DNA of 64,000 nt from an uncultured Synechococcaceae cyanobacterium (GTDB lineage: Bacteria; Cyanobacteriota; Cyanobacteriia; PCC-6307; Cyanobiaceae): NCBI GenBank assembly GCA_902634405.1, contig CACPJY010000006.1, positions 10,852-74,851 on the forward strand, written 5' to 3'. Below the pieces are notes generated by a model, which was given only the letters and a program-made list of their open reading frames with translations, was not told the DNA's origin and ran no database searches. The stretch's first letter is position 1; each line of letters opens with the position of its first letter. The position numbers were made by a program, and so were the translations under genes. Below, one piece after another: positions 48,674 to 59,234 of this stretch.

Positions 48674-50566
48674 TTACGGATGAAGCCCAAAAAGTATAGC
48701 CACTTCTCTAAAAAGATCATTGACATATTTATGATCTGAAAGCGAGTCATCTGACAAAAATGTTCCATTTTCGCCACACATAAACCTAATTTTCGTTCCC
48801 TTTCTGTTTGTTAACGTAATAGAGTTATCTTCTCTAAGAGAACATTTATAGGTATTTGATCCCTTTGTATAATTAATAACATTATCAGTAGTCCTAAAAG
48901 CAACTATATTTAATTGAAGTGTATTGGTCCCATTCCAAAAGTTGTTTTCAATAAAATAAGCAACATCTATCCGCGTACCTAGTGAGATATTTGATGAGTG
49001 ACCCCAAAATATCGCATTTATAGACTTATCTGCTTGTTTTAGTAGTAATTTTAGGTGACCAGATGAAAATACTTTAGATGATGATACTGTGAGATTTCTT
49101 GTCCAAAATAATGGTTTTAAATTACCATTGCCATGAGGCTCAAGCAATTGTAATGAATTCCATAAGTCATAATTAATCTCATTAATACTAATTATCGCCT
49201 CAGGTTTGATGGGTTTGTATTGACCGTATTGCTTTACCCATATTGAAGCTATATTATTTAACTTGCTTGTTAAACTGGGTATATGTTCTGGTCTAACTGT
49301 AAATCCTCCAGCACATTCATGTCCACCATAGTTTTCTAAATAGCTAGAGCAGTTAGTTAAGGCACTTATAGCCGAGAATCCTATTGGAGTTCTAACAGAT
49401 GCTCTGAATGTAGAAGATTTAGATGGAGCTAGTAATGCAACTGGTCTGTGATATCTTTGCATTAACCTGGTAGCTACTATTCCTATAATTCCAGGGTGCC
49501 AATGGTTCTGAGCTATAAATATAAAATCTTGTATGTTTTCTCCATCTGAATCAACAAGGGCTAACGCTTCTTCTTCAATAGACTCTGTTAACTCTCTCCT
49601 TAGTTTATTTGTTTGTTCACAATCTCGAGCAAGATCTAAGGCCTTTTTGCTGTCATTAGTTGTCAGTAATTTAATCATATCAGATGGGTCTCCTATTCGA
49701 CCCACTGAGTTAATCCTGGGAGCAATTTTAAAACCTATATCCTCTGAAGTAATAGGTTTAGTACCTATACCAGCTAATTGGTAAATAGCTTTTAGACCGA
49801 CATTGTTGGTTCTGTGTAAATTTACCAGTCCCTTCTTAAGTAAGTAGCGATTAGCCCCTCTAAGCGTTGTCATATCAGCTATAGTTCCAATACAGAATAA
49901 GTCATGAGTGTTAGTTACTAGTTCGGTTTTATTTGATAATTCAGCTACACTATTAGAAACTATATATGCCAACCCAACACCAGCTAAATCTTTGTAAGGA
50001 GAGTCATCTGGAAGAGTAGAAGGATGTATTAACGCATAGGCCTCTGGGGCATTTGAAGTAATCCTATGGTGATCTGTCAATATCACATCGATTGAATATG
50101 ACTTTGCAAGGGAAATAGCTTCATGAGAAGTTATTCCGTTATCTACCGTAACGATTAATTTAATTTCGATATCATTTAGTTTTTCTATCATTTGACTATT
50201 TAATCCATAGCCATCAGTAATTCTATTAGGAATAATTGGAATCGGATCAGCTCCAAGATGTTTTAATGTATATATTAAAAGTGCGGTACTTGTTATTCCA
50301 TCTGCATCGTAATCTCCACAGATAGCAATTTTACTTTTGTTCTTGCAAAATTCTAATAACTTTGTAGTTGCCTTTTCGAGATCTCTGAAGTGAAGATATG
50401 GATTAGGTAGCTCTTTGGGATTTAAAAATTCGTATGCTTCTTGTGACGACTCGAAGCCTCTCCTAGCGATTAGTGTTCTTAGTGGGAGTGGCAGGTTTAA
50501 CTCTGGTAGTGGATTATGACCTACCGGTAAAGGTATATACCAAGAATTAGCGATGACATTCGACAA
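48674..50566 (-). CDS. recJ: single-stranded-DNA-specific exonuclease RecJ
   Basis: DHH-family motifs ICGDYDADGITS, VTVDNG, LTDHH and GGHECAGG. Confidence 0.9.
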   Translation of the reverse strand: MSNVIANSWYIPLPVGHNPLPELNLPLPLRTLIARRGFESSQEAYEFLNPKELPNPYLHFRDLEKATTKLLEFCKNKSKIAICGDYDADGITSTALLIYTLKHLGADPIPIIPNRITDGYGLNSQMIEKLNDIEIKLIVTVDNGITSHEAISLAKSYSIDVILTDHHRITSNAPEAYALIHPSTLPDDSPYKDLAGVGLAYIVSNSVAELSNKTELVTNTHDLFCIGTIADMTTLRGANRYLLKKGLVNLHRTNNVGLKAIYQLAGIGTKPITSEDIGFKIAPRINSVGRIGDPSDMIKLLTTNDSKKALDLARDCEQTNKLRRELTESIEEEALALVDSDGENIQDFIFIAQNHWHPGIIGIVATRLMQRYHRPVALLAPSKSSTFRASVRTPIGFSAISALTNCSSYLENYGGHECAGGFTVRPEHIPSLTSKLNNIASIWVKQYGQYKPIKPEAIISINEINYDLWNSLQLLEPHGNGNLKPLFWTRNLTVSSSKVFSSGHLKLLLKQADKSINAIFWGHSSNISLGTRIDVAYFIENNFWNGTNTLQLNIVAFRTTDNVINYTKGSNTYKCSLREDNSITLTNRKGTKIRFMCGENGTFLSDDSLSDHKYVNDLFREVAILFGLHP

Positions 50567-50633
50567 TTAGAGGTAGAATATGTATATTAATAGAATAATA
50601 GAAAATCAATAGAAAGGCAAACCTAGTATTTTT

Positions 50634-51392
50634 ATGACCGATTTGAAAGCTGTCTTTTGGGATCTTGATGGAACTATTGCAAATACAGAAATGGATTGCC
50701 ATAGAGTTGCATTCAATAGAGCCTTCAAAAAACTTGGTTTTAGCTGGTATTGGAACAAGAATACTTATGGAGAACTATTAGCTATATCAGGTGGTAAGGA
50801 AAGAATTAATTACTACTGCTCTTTTACAAAACAAAAATTATCTGAAGAAGCACTTATTACGTGCCATATACTTAAGAATAAATATTATTCAGAAATTATA
50901 TCCTCATCTAAAATTCCATTTAGAATTGGAGTAATACGGCTAATAGACGAACTCGTCAACGCTCGAATAAGTCAATGGATCGTGACTACCAGTTCAAGGC
51001 ATTGTGTAGATGCCTTAATGACAATGAAATTTAAATGTAGAAACAATCCGTTCAAAGGTTACATTACTTCTGAAGATGTATCAAAGAAAAAGCCTGACCC
51101 TGAAGCGTACGCTCAAGCGATAAAGCGTTCCAACAATGAGAAAAGAAACATTCTTGTCATAGAAGATTCTCTTAATGGGCTAGAAGCAGCTAACAAAGCA
51201 GGTTTGAATTGCTTAATAACTAAAAGCCCTTGGCTTGGTAATTCTTCAATAAAGTTTAACGGAGCTGTGGGTGTACTAAATCATTTAGGTGATAGCGTCA
51301 ATCATTCTCATAATTTTAAAGGCCCATCTCTTCAAAGCAAATATGTGAACCTAGAGTATTTAAGAAAGCTTGTTAACCTTGATTCAACATGA
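50634..51392 (+). CDS. HAD-superfamily hydrolase (CbbY / beta-phosphoglucomutase-like)
   Basis: Motif I is VFWDLDGTIANTE, motif II is VTTSS, and motifs III/IV are KKKPDPEAY and IEDSLNGLEAA. Confidence 0.8.
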   Translation: MTDLKAVFWDLDGTIANTEMDCHRVAFNRAFKKLGFSWYWNKNTYGELLAISGGKERINYYCSFTKQKLSEEALITCHILKNKYYSEIISSSKIPFRIGVIRLIDELVNARISQWIVTTSSRHCVDALMTMKFKCRNNPFKGYITSEDVSKKKPDPEAYAQAIKRSNNEKRNILVIEDSLNGLEAANKAGLNCLITKSPWLGNSSIKFNGAVGVLNHLGDSVNHSHNFKGPSLQSKYVNLEYLRKLVNLDST

Positions 51393-51724
51393 GCTTCCAA
51401 AAAACACGATACGGTCGATTTCAAAATAGTGTTGGATCTATTTTAATTGATTCATGGCAGGGAACTTGGAGACGTAGAAGCCTTGCAATGATAACTCTTC
51501 TAATAGGATATTACTTAGGAAGTAATGCAACAATGTACTATCTACAAAAGATTGGTCAACGTCCAATAGTTGTATTATTAATGGTTATAGTAATTGAGCT
51601 CCTTATTAGGTCTAGAAATTTTGGTTACGTTAAGCGATTGAGTTACATTCGACTATCTATTGATAACCTACGTATTGGAGCTGTTTATGCAGTAGTACTA
51701 GAAGCGTTTAAATTAGGTTCATAA
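51389..51724 (+). CDS. Ycf20-like (DUF565) membrane protein
   Basis: 111 aa with two TM helices and a C-terminal VLEAFKLGS resembling Ycf20. ATGA-type overlap with the HAD gene. Confidence 0.55.
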   Translation: MSFQKTRYGRFQNSVGSILIDSWQGTWRRRSLAMITLLIGYYLGSNATMYYLQKIGQRPIVVLLMVIVIELLIRSRNFGYVKRLSYIRLSIDNLRIGAVYAVVLEAFKLGS

Positions 51725-51791
51725 GTATTTGGAATATTCATCACTACATTCTTATTAATTTTAGTGCTTCAACAATTTATTAATTTCTTTT

Positions 51792-51965
51792 TTATTCAGT
51801 ATCATCCTCTTCTTGTATAGGGTATACAAATCCTTGAGCTCTCCCGGTAAGAACCGATTTACCTATAGAAAGTGCCTTGTCTGCTGCTGAGGCAGCTTTT
51901 GCTTTCCATACAGCATGACGTTGATTGCGTTTGCCTTTTGAGGTTTTCTTCTTGGGTACTGCCAT
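51792..51965 (-). CDS. rpmF: 50S ribosomal protein L32 (57 aa, absent from the ORF track)
   Basis: Hand translation gives [57 protein letters not shown]. This is the canonical L32 N-terminus. Confidence 0.85.
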   Translation of the reverse strand: MAVPKKKTSKGKRNQRHAVWKAKAASAADKALSIGKSVLTGRAQGFVYPIQEEDDTE

Positions 51966-52126
51966 CTTATGGGTCCTTAGTCGTACTGATATATTCTAAC
52001 TTTTTAGGGTATTGGTCAAATCCTTTGTATTTAATTAACCAGATAGAAAGGTGTGAACAAGTTGAAAAACGCTAAATTTGCCTATGAAAGCCTCTAACGC
52101 TTTAAAGAATTACTTTCGGTCAAAGC

Positions 52127-53866
52127 TTGTCTAAGGACGAACCACCTAGTTATAGCGAACTTCTTACTCAGATCAGCTCTGGGGAAGTTGAATCTCTCGA
52201 GCTGATCCCAGCCCGAAGAGAAGTTATTGTCCGATTTAAAGATGGGTCGAAGTCAAAGGTCCCTATCTTTTCCAATAACCAACAAATATTGAGAACAGCA
52301 GAATTCTCGGGAACCCCTCTATCTGTAAGAAATATCCGCAACGAGCAGCTAATAGCTGGCATGGCAGGAAATTTAGCTGTAATCCTTATGATTCTTATGG
52401 GACTTGGGTTTTTATTAAGACGGTCTGCCAAAATTGCAAGTAAAACAATCGGGTTTGGTAGAAGCCAAACAAAATCAAAGGCAATAGAAAATCTTGATGT
52501 CAGATTTGAGGATGTTGCGGGCCTAGACGAAGCCAAGCAAGAGTTGAAAGAACTAGTTACCTTCTTAAAAGAACCAGAAACTTTTACTAAATTGGGCGCT
52601 CGCATACCTAAAGGTTGCCTACTTGTAGGACCTCCAGGTACTGGCAAGACTCTACTAGCAAAGGCAATTGCTGGAGAATCTGGAGTTCCGTTCTTTTCAC
52701 TTGCAGCATCTGAGTTTGTTGAGCTTTTTGTCGGAGTTGGTGCTAGTCGAGTTCGTGATTTATTTAGACAGGCAAAAGAAAAATCACCTTGCATTATTTT
52801 TATTGATGAGATTGACTCTGTTGGTCGACAACGTGGTGCAGGTATTGGTGGAGGTAATGATGAAAGAGAACAAACTCTCAATCAATTACTTACAGAGATG
52901 GATGGTTTTCAAGAAAATTCTGGGATTATTCTTCTGGCTGCCACAAATAGAGCGGACATACTTGATCAAGCATTACTTCGACCAGGGAGATTCGATCGAC
53001 AGATATATGTAACTTTGCCCGATAGAAAAGGGCGCGCTCAAATCCTAAGTGTACATGCCCGTAAAAGGCCCCTAGAAGAATCAGTATCATTAGATTCATG
53101 GGCCATTAGGACACCAGGATTTACAGGCGCAGAATTAGAAAATATGTTAAATGAAGCCTCTATAATTACGGCAAGAACAGAGTTAACAAAAATCGGAGAT
53201 AAGCAAATAGAGTATGCACTTGAGAGAATAACAATGGGTCTTAGTTCAGCCCCCTTACAAGACTCATCAAAGAAACGGCTTATTGCTTATCACGAAGTAG
53301 GTCATGCCTTAGTTGCGGCACTAACTCCTAAGTCAAATAAGATTGATAAAATATCACTTTTACCTAAAACATCTGGTATAGGTGGTTACACTAGATTTTG
53401 GCCCAATGAGGAGACGATTGACTCAGGATTATCAACTAAATCTAACATGTACGCACAACTAGTTGTATCTCTAGGTGGACGAGCTGCAGAACTAGTAATT
53501 TTTGGTCCAAGTGAAGTTACTCAAGGTGCAAGCGGTGACTTAGAAGCAGTTACCTATTTAGCAAGGGAAATGGTAACAAAGTTTGGTTTCTCTAAATTAG
53601 GACCGATAGCTTTTGACACTATGGATAAAGAAGTCTTTCTAGGAAAGAGCCTCTTTGAGAAAAAATCTGGATTTTCTGAAGTTACAGGAAAAGCAATAGA
53701 TAAGGAAGTTAGAGGATTAGCAAATAATGCTCTCAATGAAGCTATAAGTATTTTAGAACCCCAAAGAAAAACTATGGATAAGATAGTAAATGTACTTATA
53801 GATGAGGAGACTATTGATTCAGAACGTTTTTATAAATTAGCTGGACTTAAGAACCCATTTGTTTAG
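52127..53866 (+). CDS. ftsH: ATP-dependent zinc metalloprotease FtsH (paralog with a short N-terminus)
   Basis: [28 protein letters not shown], the SRH region [20 protein letters not shown], and the zinc site HEVGHAL. TTG start, with an in-frame stop 24 nt upstream. Confidence 0.92.
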   Translation: MSKDEPPSYSELLTQISSGEVESLELIPARREVIVRFKDGSKSKVPIFSNNQQILRTAEFSGTPLSVRNIRNEQLIAGMAGNLAVILMILMGLGFLLRRSAKIASKTIGFGRSQTKSKAIENLDVRFEDVAGLDEAKQELKELVTFLKEPETFTKLGARIPKGCLLVGPPGTGKTLLAKAIAGESGVPFFSLAASEFVELFVGVGASRVRDLFRQAKEKSPCIIFIDEIDSVGRQRGAGIGGGNDEREQTLNQLLTEMDGFQENSGIILLAATNRADILDQALLRPGRFDRQIYVTLPDRKGRAQILSVHARKRPLEESVSLDSWAIRTPGFTGAELENMLNEASIITARTELTKIGDKQIEYALERITMGLSSAPLQDSSKKRLIAYHEVGHALVAALTPKSNKIDKISLLPKTSGIGGYTRFWPNEETIDSGLSTKSNMYAQLVVSLGGRAAELVIFGPSEVTQGASGDLEAVTYLAREMVTKFGFSKLGPIAFDTMDKEVFLGKSLFEKKSGFSEVTGKAIDKEVRGLANNALNEAISILEPQRKTMDKIVNVLIDEETIDSERFYKLAGLKNPFV

Positions 53867-53883
53867 CTAGTTGAAACTATAAT

Positions 53884-56622
53884 ATGAAGAAACTAAAACA
53901 ACTAATCTCTCTCGTAATATTAACTGCAATAATATCTATTGCGATTAGCAGAGTGAATATTGAATACCATTGGTTCTCTCAATTTAACCTAGCGAGTGTA
54001 TTAATAAAAAGATGGTCATGGCAAGTAATAGGAACAATAGTGGGTGGTTTAATAACACTGTTGTTCTATTGTTGGGTGCAAAAGTGGAGGAGTCTACCAC
54101 TAAAAATAACCACCAGAACCTATACAACAAACATTCAATTTACCATTATTACAGTTACTTCTATAATTTTTCACACATTAAGTACATATCTTATTTTAAT
54201 CTCATTTCATCTATCACTAATCAAACCATTTGACTTTGTAAATTGGAGAGATTCGATTGTTAATTATAATCATTCTTATCTATTTCCAGTTTATATCTTA
54301 ATTACATGTATTTTTTCTTTAATCTATAGTAAAAAATATTTTAATTACGTACATATTCTTTTCGGAGTAGCATTTAGTTTTATAGTTGGAAGATTATGGG
54401 GACTTTGGACACTAGCAATAAGCATAACTGATACCGGGTATAAAGAGCCATTCCTAGGGAGTGATATAAGCTTTTCAATAGGACAATTTCCAGCCTTATT
54501 TAATGGTTTAGTACTAGTACTACTTCTTTCACTATTTACTATATCTACTTCAATATCTTCCTATTTTATTACACCAAAAAGTATTTCTGATTGGTCTGTC
54601 AAGATTCCAAGCCCTCGGCAAATTAAGTATATCAAGCGATATATAGGATTTGTTTTGTTTGTGATATCACTATTACTGTGGCTGTCTAGATATCAATCGT
54701 TGTGGATTGATGATGGTATTGTTTCAGGAGCTGGTTGGTTAGACCATCATTGGGTTTTACCTCTAAGAACGATATCATCTGTTTCAGTCTTTTTAATCTC
54801 ACTTATACTTATATTCGATAAGTTTAGACTCTTATTCAATGGTTATTTGCTTCTATTTCCAATACTAGCATCGATAAGTGAGGTTATATTCCTGCCATTT
54901 ATTGATTGGATAATTGTCAAGCCTAGAGAACTAACATATGAATCTAAATATATTAGTAGATCGATTAATTCTACTAGAAGTGCATTCCAGCTGGATGCAA
55001 TAAAGACCACATTAATAAATCCTAAGCCCGAATTAGAAAAAAGGGATTTATTAATAGGTGAAGGCACCCTAAAGAATATTAGACTTTGGGACAGTCAGCC
55101 TCTTTTGGCCACTAACAGACAATTACAACAACTAAGGCTCTATTACAAATTCTCCAGTGCATCAGTAGATAGGTATCTTTTACAAAAGGACTCCAATCAA
55201 AGACAGCAAGTAATCATTACTGCAAGGGAATTAGATCAGGACTCTCTACCGGACAAGTCAAGAACTTGGCTCAATAAACATTTTGTATTTACACATGGTT
55301 ATGGTTTCACTCTCAGTCCAGTAAATTCAAAAGCTGAGGATGGATTACCAGAATATTTTATAAGCGATTTGGGCACATCTACAAAAATTCAAGGGAGCCC
55401 ATCATTAGGTATCCAAAAAAGTGATGTAATGGATACAGTACCTATAGGTCGTGCAGCAATATATTTTGGCTTATTTAGTTCTCCATACGCTATAGCTCCA
55501 ACCAAACTTGAAGAATTTGATTATCCAGAGGGTGATAAAAATATTTATACTCATTATGAAGGTAACGCAGGAATACCTATTTCTAATTTTATTCAGAGAA
55601 TCACAGCAGCAATTTATTTAAGCGAACCTAGAATACTAAATACAGGCGTTTTAAACAATAAATCCAAGCTTATTCTTAGGCGTGAAGTTCGTCAACGAGT
55701 TAAGGCCCTAGCACCCTTTATTGAGCTAAAAGGTGATCCTTACCTTATATCCACAAAAATTGAATCAGAATCTAGCAAATATGATGACCAACAATATCAG
55801 TATTGGATAGTTGAAGGATATACTTCTTCTTCAACATATCCATACTCATCACCAATTGGTAAACGGAACACCAGATATATAAGAAATTCAGTCAAGATAA
55901 TTGTTGATGCGTATAGTGGTTTAGTTAACTTCTATATAAATGAACCACATGACCCAATAATAAAGGCATGGTCAAAATTATTTCCCGAAATGTTTAGTAA
56001 AATAGAAGATATGCCAACTAACATTCGTTCACACCTTAAGGTACCTACTGAATTATTTGATATACAAGTTAAGCAACTTTTAAAGTTTCATGTAACAGAC
56101 CCTCGGACATTTTATAACGGAGATGATGTATGGCAAGTTCCTAAAGAGATTTACGCAGGGGAACAAATACCAGTCGAGCCATATCACATAACAGCTCAGT
56201 TAAAGCCAAATGATCCATCTGAATTTCTTCTTCTGCAACCATTAACCCCATTAGCTAGACCAAATCTCTCAGCATGGCTGGCAGCAAGAAGTGATGGAGA
56301 GAATTATGGGGAATTAGTCCTTTTGAGATTTCCTAGTCAGACAACAATATTTGGTCCAGAACAAATTCAAGCCTTGATTAACCAAGATCCTCAAATCAGT
56401 CAACAATTCAGCCTATGGGATAGAGCCGGTTCGGAAGTTATTCAGGGAAATCTTCTAGTACTGCCCGTTGGCAAATCGCTACTTTATGTAGAACCTGTAT
56501 ATTTGAAAGCTAGCAAGGGTGGTCTCCCAACACTTACTAGAGTTGTCGTAAGTGATGGAAAAAGGATTGCTATGGAAGCTACCTTGTCAGAAGGTTTAGA
56601 GAAATTACTTGAAGAAAAATAA
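53884..56622 (+). CDS. UPF0182-family large membrane protein (COG1615)
   Basis: 912 aa, with about 7 N-terminal TM helices followed by a large soluble domain. The size and architecture, and motifs such as FVFTHGYGF and NLLVLPVG..LLYVEPVYL, match my memory of UPF0182. Confidence 0.75.
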   Translation: MKKLKQLISLVILTAIISIAISRVNIEYHWFSQFNLASVLIKRWSWQVIGTIVGGLITLLFYCWVQKWRSLPLKITTRTYTTNIQFTIITVTSIIFHTLSTYLILISFHLSLIKPFDFVNWRDSIVNYNHSYLFPVYILITCIFSLIYSKKYFNYVHILFGVAFSFIVGRLWGLWTLAISITDTGYKEPFLGSDISFSIGQFPALFNGLVLVLLLSLFTISTSISSYFITPKSISDWSVKIPSPRQIKYIKRYIGFVLFVISLLLWLSRYQSLWIDDGIVSGAGWLDHHWVLPLRTISSVSVFLISLILIFDKFRLLFNGYLLLFPILASISEVIFLPFIDWIIVKPRELTYESKYISRSINSTRSAFQLDAIKTTLINPKPELEKRDLLIGEGTLKNIRLWDSQPLLATNRQLQQLRLYYKFSSASVDRYLLQKDSNQRQQVIITARELDQDSLPDKSRTWLNKHFVFTHGYGFTLSPVNSKAEDGLPEYFISDLGTSTKIQGSPSLGIQKSDVMDTVPIGRAAIYFGLFSSPYAIAPTKLEEFDYPEGDKNIYTHYEGNAGIPISNFIQRITAAIYLSEPRILNTGVLNNKSKLILRREVRQRVKALAPFIELKGDPYLISTKIESESSKYDDQQYQYWIVEGYTSSSTYPYSSPIGKRNTRYIRNSVKIIVDAYSGLVNFYINEPHDPIIKAWSKLFPEMFSKIEDMPTNIRSHLKVPTELFDIQVKQLLKFHVTDPRTFYNGDDVWQVPKEIYAGEQIPVEPYHITAQLKPNDPSEFLLLQPLTPLARPNLSAWLAARSDGENYGELVLLRFPSQTTIFGPEQIQALINQDPQISQQFSLWDRAGSEVIQGNLLVLPVGKSLLYVEPVYLKASKGGLPTLTRVVVSDGKRIAMEATLSEGLEKLLEEK

Positions 56623-56624
56623 AA

Positions 56625-56655
56625 AGCCCATTCATGAGAGTAAATGAGCTTTTTA
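56625..56655. terminator. possible bidirectional terminator hairpin between convergent genes
   Basis: AGCCCATTCA-TGAGAG-TAAATGAGCT pairs at 8 of 10 positions. It is flanked by an A-run on the left and a T-run on the right. Confidence 0.45.
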
Positions 56656-56674
56656 TTCCCTTTAAAAAGTATGT

Positions 56675-57271
56675 TTATAACTTTGAAAAGTATTCTTTGC
56701 TTCCAATAGGATCTTCAAGCATTGTTTGGTCACCAGGTGTCCAGTTAGCAGGACAAACCTCATCAGGATGTGATTCAACATACTGATAAGCTTGTAATAC
56801 ACGTAATGTCTCATCAACATTACGACCAACAGGTGCTTTATTAACTGTACTGTGCATAATAATTCCTTTTGGATTAATTATGAAAAGGCCTCTATCGGCT
56901 TCTCCATCTTCGTTTAGGACATTATATGCTGAGCAGATTTCCTTTTTCAAATCAGAAACTAAAGGGTAGGAAATGTCTCCCAAGCCACCCTCATTACGAG
57001 GTGTTTGAATCCATGCTAAATGACTAAATTTACTATCTACTGAGGCTGCTAAGACCTCTGTGTTCTTGCTAGTGAAATCAGAGTATCTGTCACTAAATGC
57101 TGTGATTTCTGTTGGGCAGACAAAAGTAAAGTCAAGTGGATAAAAGAAAAGAACTACGTATTTCCCTCGATATTGAGAAAGTGTGATTTCTTTGAACTCC
57201 TGGTCGATTACTGCTGTTGCAGTGAAATCAGGTGCTGCTTGGCCGACGCGTAGGCAACCGTTGTCAGTCAT
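56675..57271 (-). CDS. typical 2-Cys peroxiredoxin
   Basis: Peroxidatic Cys in [15 protein letters not shown] and resolving Cys in EVCPANW. Confidence 0.92.
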   Translation of the reverse strand: MTDNGCLRVGQAAPDFTATAVIDQEFKEITLSQYRGKYVVLFFYPLDFTFVCPTEITAFSDRYSDFTSKNTEVLAASVDSKFSHLAWIQTPRNEGGLGDISYPLVSDLKKEICSAYNVLNEDGEADRGLFIINPKGIIMHSTVNKAPVGRNVDETLRVLQAYQYVESHPDEVCPANWTPGDQTMLEDPIGSKEYFSKL

Positions 57272-57433
57272 GGTAGATCTCTTTGTTGAGAAAGTGGTTT
57301 GGATGTAATGCTTTTAGAGCCTTACATATGAATAAAATAAAATTTATCATGTAAAGCAGGAAATCTGGCATAAGGTCCTCAAGCCCTAAAATGTTCCTCA
57401 CTTCCCTCGTTAGCTCCAACAGCTATCAATAAA

Positions 57434-57598
57434 ATGAGTTGGCACGAATCACTATTCCGCAAATACAGCACGACAGGTCATGTCAAATTGTTGAATCAAT
57501 TGCGAAATGACCTAACTACTAATCCACTGGTGAGGGATGAATATACCGGTGAACTTCAATTGAGAGACAGAAATAATAAAACCAGTAATTACAGATAA
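57434..57598 (+). CDS. possible small protein (54 aa, absent from the ORF track)
   Basis: Hand translation gives MSWHESLFRKYSTTGHVKLLNQLRNDLTTNPLVRDEYTGELQLRDRNNKTSNYR. No motif recognised and no obvious RBS. Confidence 0.3.
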   Translation: MSWHESLFRKYSTTGHVKLLNQLRNDLTTNPLVRDEYTGELQLRDRNNKTSNYR

Positions 57599-57832
57599 GA
57601 AAAGGAATAAATATTTAGTTCAAAATATAGATTATAATAATGATATAAATATACTGGTCTCGTGAAGGTAATTGAATATTAAAAAAGGCAATTAGAATTA
57701 GTAATCACTCGTTAGCAAATTGGAATAACAGCTAAAATATTAGCTATATAAAATACTGAAAAGAAGTTGCTATTATTTGGATCATAAGGGTACTTTCCAT
57801 AGTATGGGAATATATTGCAGATACAATTTAGA

Positions 57833-57906
57833 TGTCAGTGGAGAGACTTGAACTCTCGGCCTCAGGGTTATGAATCCTGTGCTCTAACCAGCTGAGCTAC
57901 ACTGAC
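57833..57906 (-). tRNA. tRNA with anticodon CAU (elongator Met, or Ile2 if lysidine-modified)
   Basis: The reverse complement folds as a cloverleaf. Acceptor stem is GTCAGTG/CACTGAC, the D-arm is GCTC-AGCTGGTTA-GAGC, the anticodon loop is TTCATAA and the T-arm is GAGAG-TTCAAGT-CTCTC. G1-C72 are paired, so it is not an initiator. CCA is not encoded. Confidence 0.9.
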
Positions 57907-58130
57907 ATAGACTTATAATATCAAATAGAGAGCACTAGAACAACAATATAGTGATGCGCAAGGGAAAAATGATTCTAATGACTCGGAGTTGTTTCTTACA
58001 ATTACTTTTTAAGTTATTGGCATCCTAGTATATTGTTCAATAACTACATATTAAGATAAGTATAATATTTATAGGTTGCTATAGAAAATTACCCAAAAAA
58101 ATCTATATCACCTTAAATTCTCTTGATAAG

Positions 58131-58628
58131 CTACCATAATGATAATTGCCTACCCGCCTCGTGACTAACTATAGCTACTGCTGAAGATAAATTTAGACTT
58201 CTAACTTTACTATCACCTTCTTTCATTGATCCACCAGGCATATTTATAGTAGTTATTAAATCACACTGGTTCCTGATCACATCAGGTAGCCCAATATCTT
58301 CTCTTCCAAACAACAAAACATCTTTTTTCTTAAAAGAAGTTCTTGAAAGACTAAAACCACCTCTCTTGCTGCAGCCAATAAGGCGCGCTGTCGTAGATAA
58401 TGATGTCTGGAAATCAGAGAAATCTTTATATAAAGTATAATCAATACTCGGCCAGTAGTCTAAGCCTGCTCTTCTTAAATGTTTGTCACTCATCGAGAAA
58501 CCTAAAGGCTCTATCAGTGATAGATGGAAATTAAATGCTGAGCATGTCCTAGCAATATTTCCTGTATTTGGAGGAATCTGTGGTTCGAATAGAGCAATCC
58601 GAATATAGTAATTATCAGTTAATTTCAT
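58131..58628 (-). CDS. trmL: SpoU/TrmL-type tRNA 2'-O-methyltransferase
   Basis: IALFEPQIPPNTGNIARTCSAF, LLFGREDIGLP and SLNLSSAVAIV are typical of TrmL (YibK). Confidence 0.8.
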   Translation of the reverse strand: MKLTDNYYIRIALFEPQIPPNTGNIARTCSAFNFHLSLIEPLGFSMSDKHLRRAGLDYWPSIDYTLYKDFSDFQTSLSTTARLIGCSKRGGFSLSRTSFKKKDVLLFGREDIGLPDVIRNQCDLITTINMPGGSMKEGDSKVRSLNLSSAVAIVSHEAGRQLSLW

Positions 58629-59173
58629 GGTATTAAAATTCCGTATGTTTGAATATCAATTGCTCTTCCATTAAGAACTAGCCAGGACTGAGTAGAATAT
58701 TTATATAGAGATTGACTTAGCATAGTCAATCTTTCTGAAAATAATAACCCAGAACTAGTATGTGGGAGCAGTGACCATCCAACTTCTTCAATTACTATAC
58801 ATATCTCACCGGAATGATTAAGTATTTCTGTCGTAAAGAAATTTGATAGTTGATTCCATTCATTATCTGATTTAGATAGCCCATAAGTTACAAATCCACC
58901 AAGTGAATCAATTAGAACATATTTTGTTTTGTGAATTGTAGGTAGGTCTACTATCAAATTATTACATGTCTCAATTGTATTCCATTCTCTTGGTCGTCTA
59001 TTTCTATGAATCTGAATCTTTTGCAGCCAGATTGAATCATCTGGGTATCTATTAGATGTAGCAAAGTAGGTAAGGTCTATTTTATCTTTGTACAGAGCCT
59101 CTGCCCATCTACTCTTCCCAGAATTGATGGGACCTGAAACTAACGTGAGAGATACATTGTTGTTATCGTACAT
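58625..59173 (-). CDS. cobU: adenosylcobinamide kinase / adenosylcobinamide-phosphate guanylyltransferase
   Basis: P-loop LVSGPINSGKSRWAE, ATS...D in the next strand, and a size typical of CobU/CobP (182 aa). Confidence 0.8.
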   Translation of the reverse strand: MYDNNNVSLTLVSGPINSGKSRWAEALYKDKIDLTYFATSNRYPDDSIWLQKIQIHRNRRPREWNTIETCNNLIVDLPTIHKTKYVLIDSLGGFVTYGLSKSDNEWNQLSNFFTTEILNHSGEICIVIEEVGWSLLPHTSSGLLFSERLTMLSQSLYKYSTQSWLVLNGRAIDIQTYGILIP

Positions 59174-59234
59174 AGAAATAGTAATCGTAATTTATACTAA
59201 ATATATTTTTTGTTAATTAAATGAATGAGTTAAA

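Noticed and set aside
48580-48777. 65-aa minus-strand ORF overlapping the recJ 3' end
   Set aside because: It overlaps recJ in another frame and has a poor composition. The plus-strand Psb30-like mini-ORF explains the spacer better.
51872-52075. 67-aa plus-strand ORF upstream of ftsH, considered as a possible missing FtsH N-terminus
   Set aside because: It is antisense to rpmF (L32), whose translation is unmistakable. It is in a different frame from ftsH and separated from it by stops.
52168-52881. 237-aa ORF on the minus strand inside ftsH
   Set aside because: It is entirely antisense to the highly conserved AAA module of ftsH. Its Ser/Pro/Arg-rich, low-complexity translation is typical of a shadow ORF.
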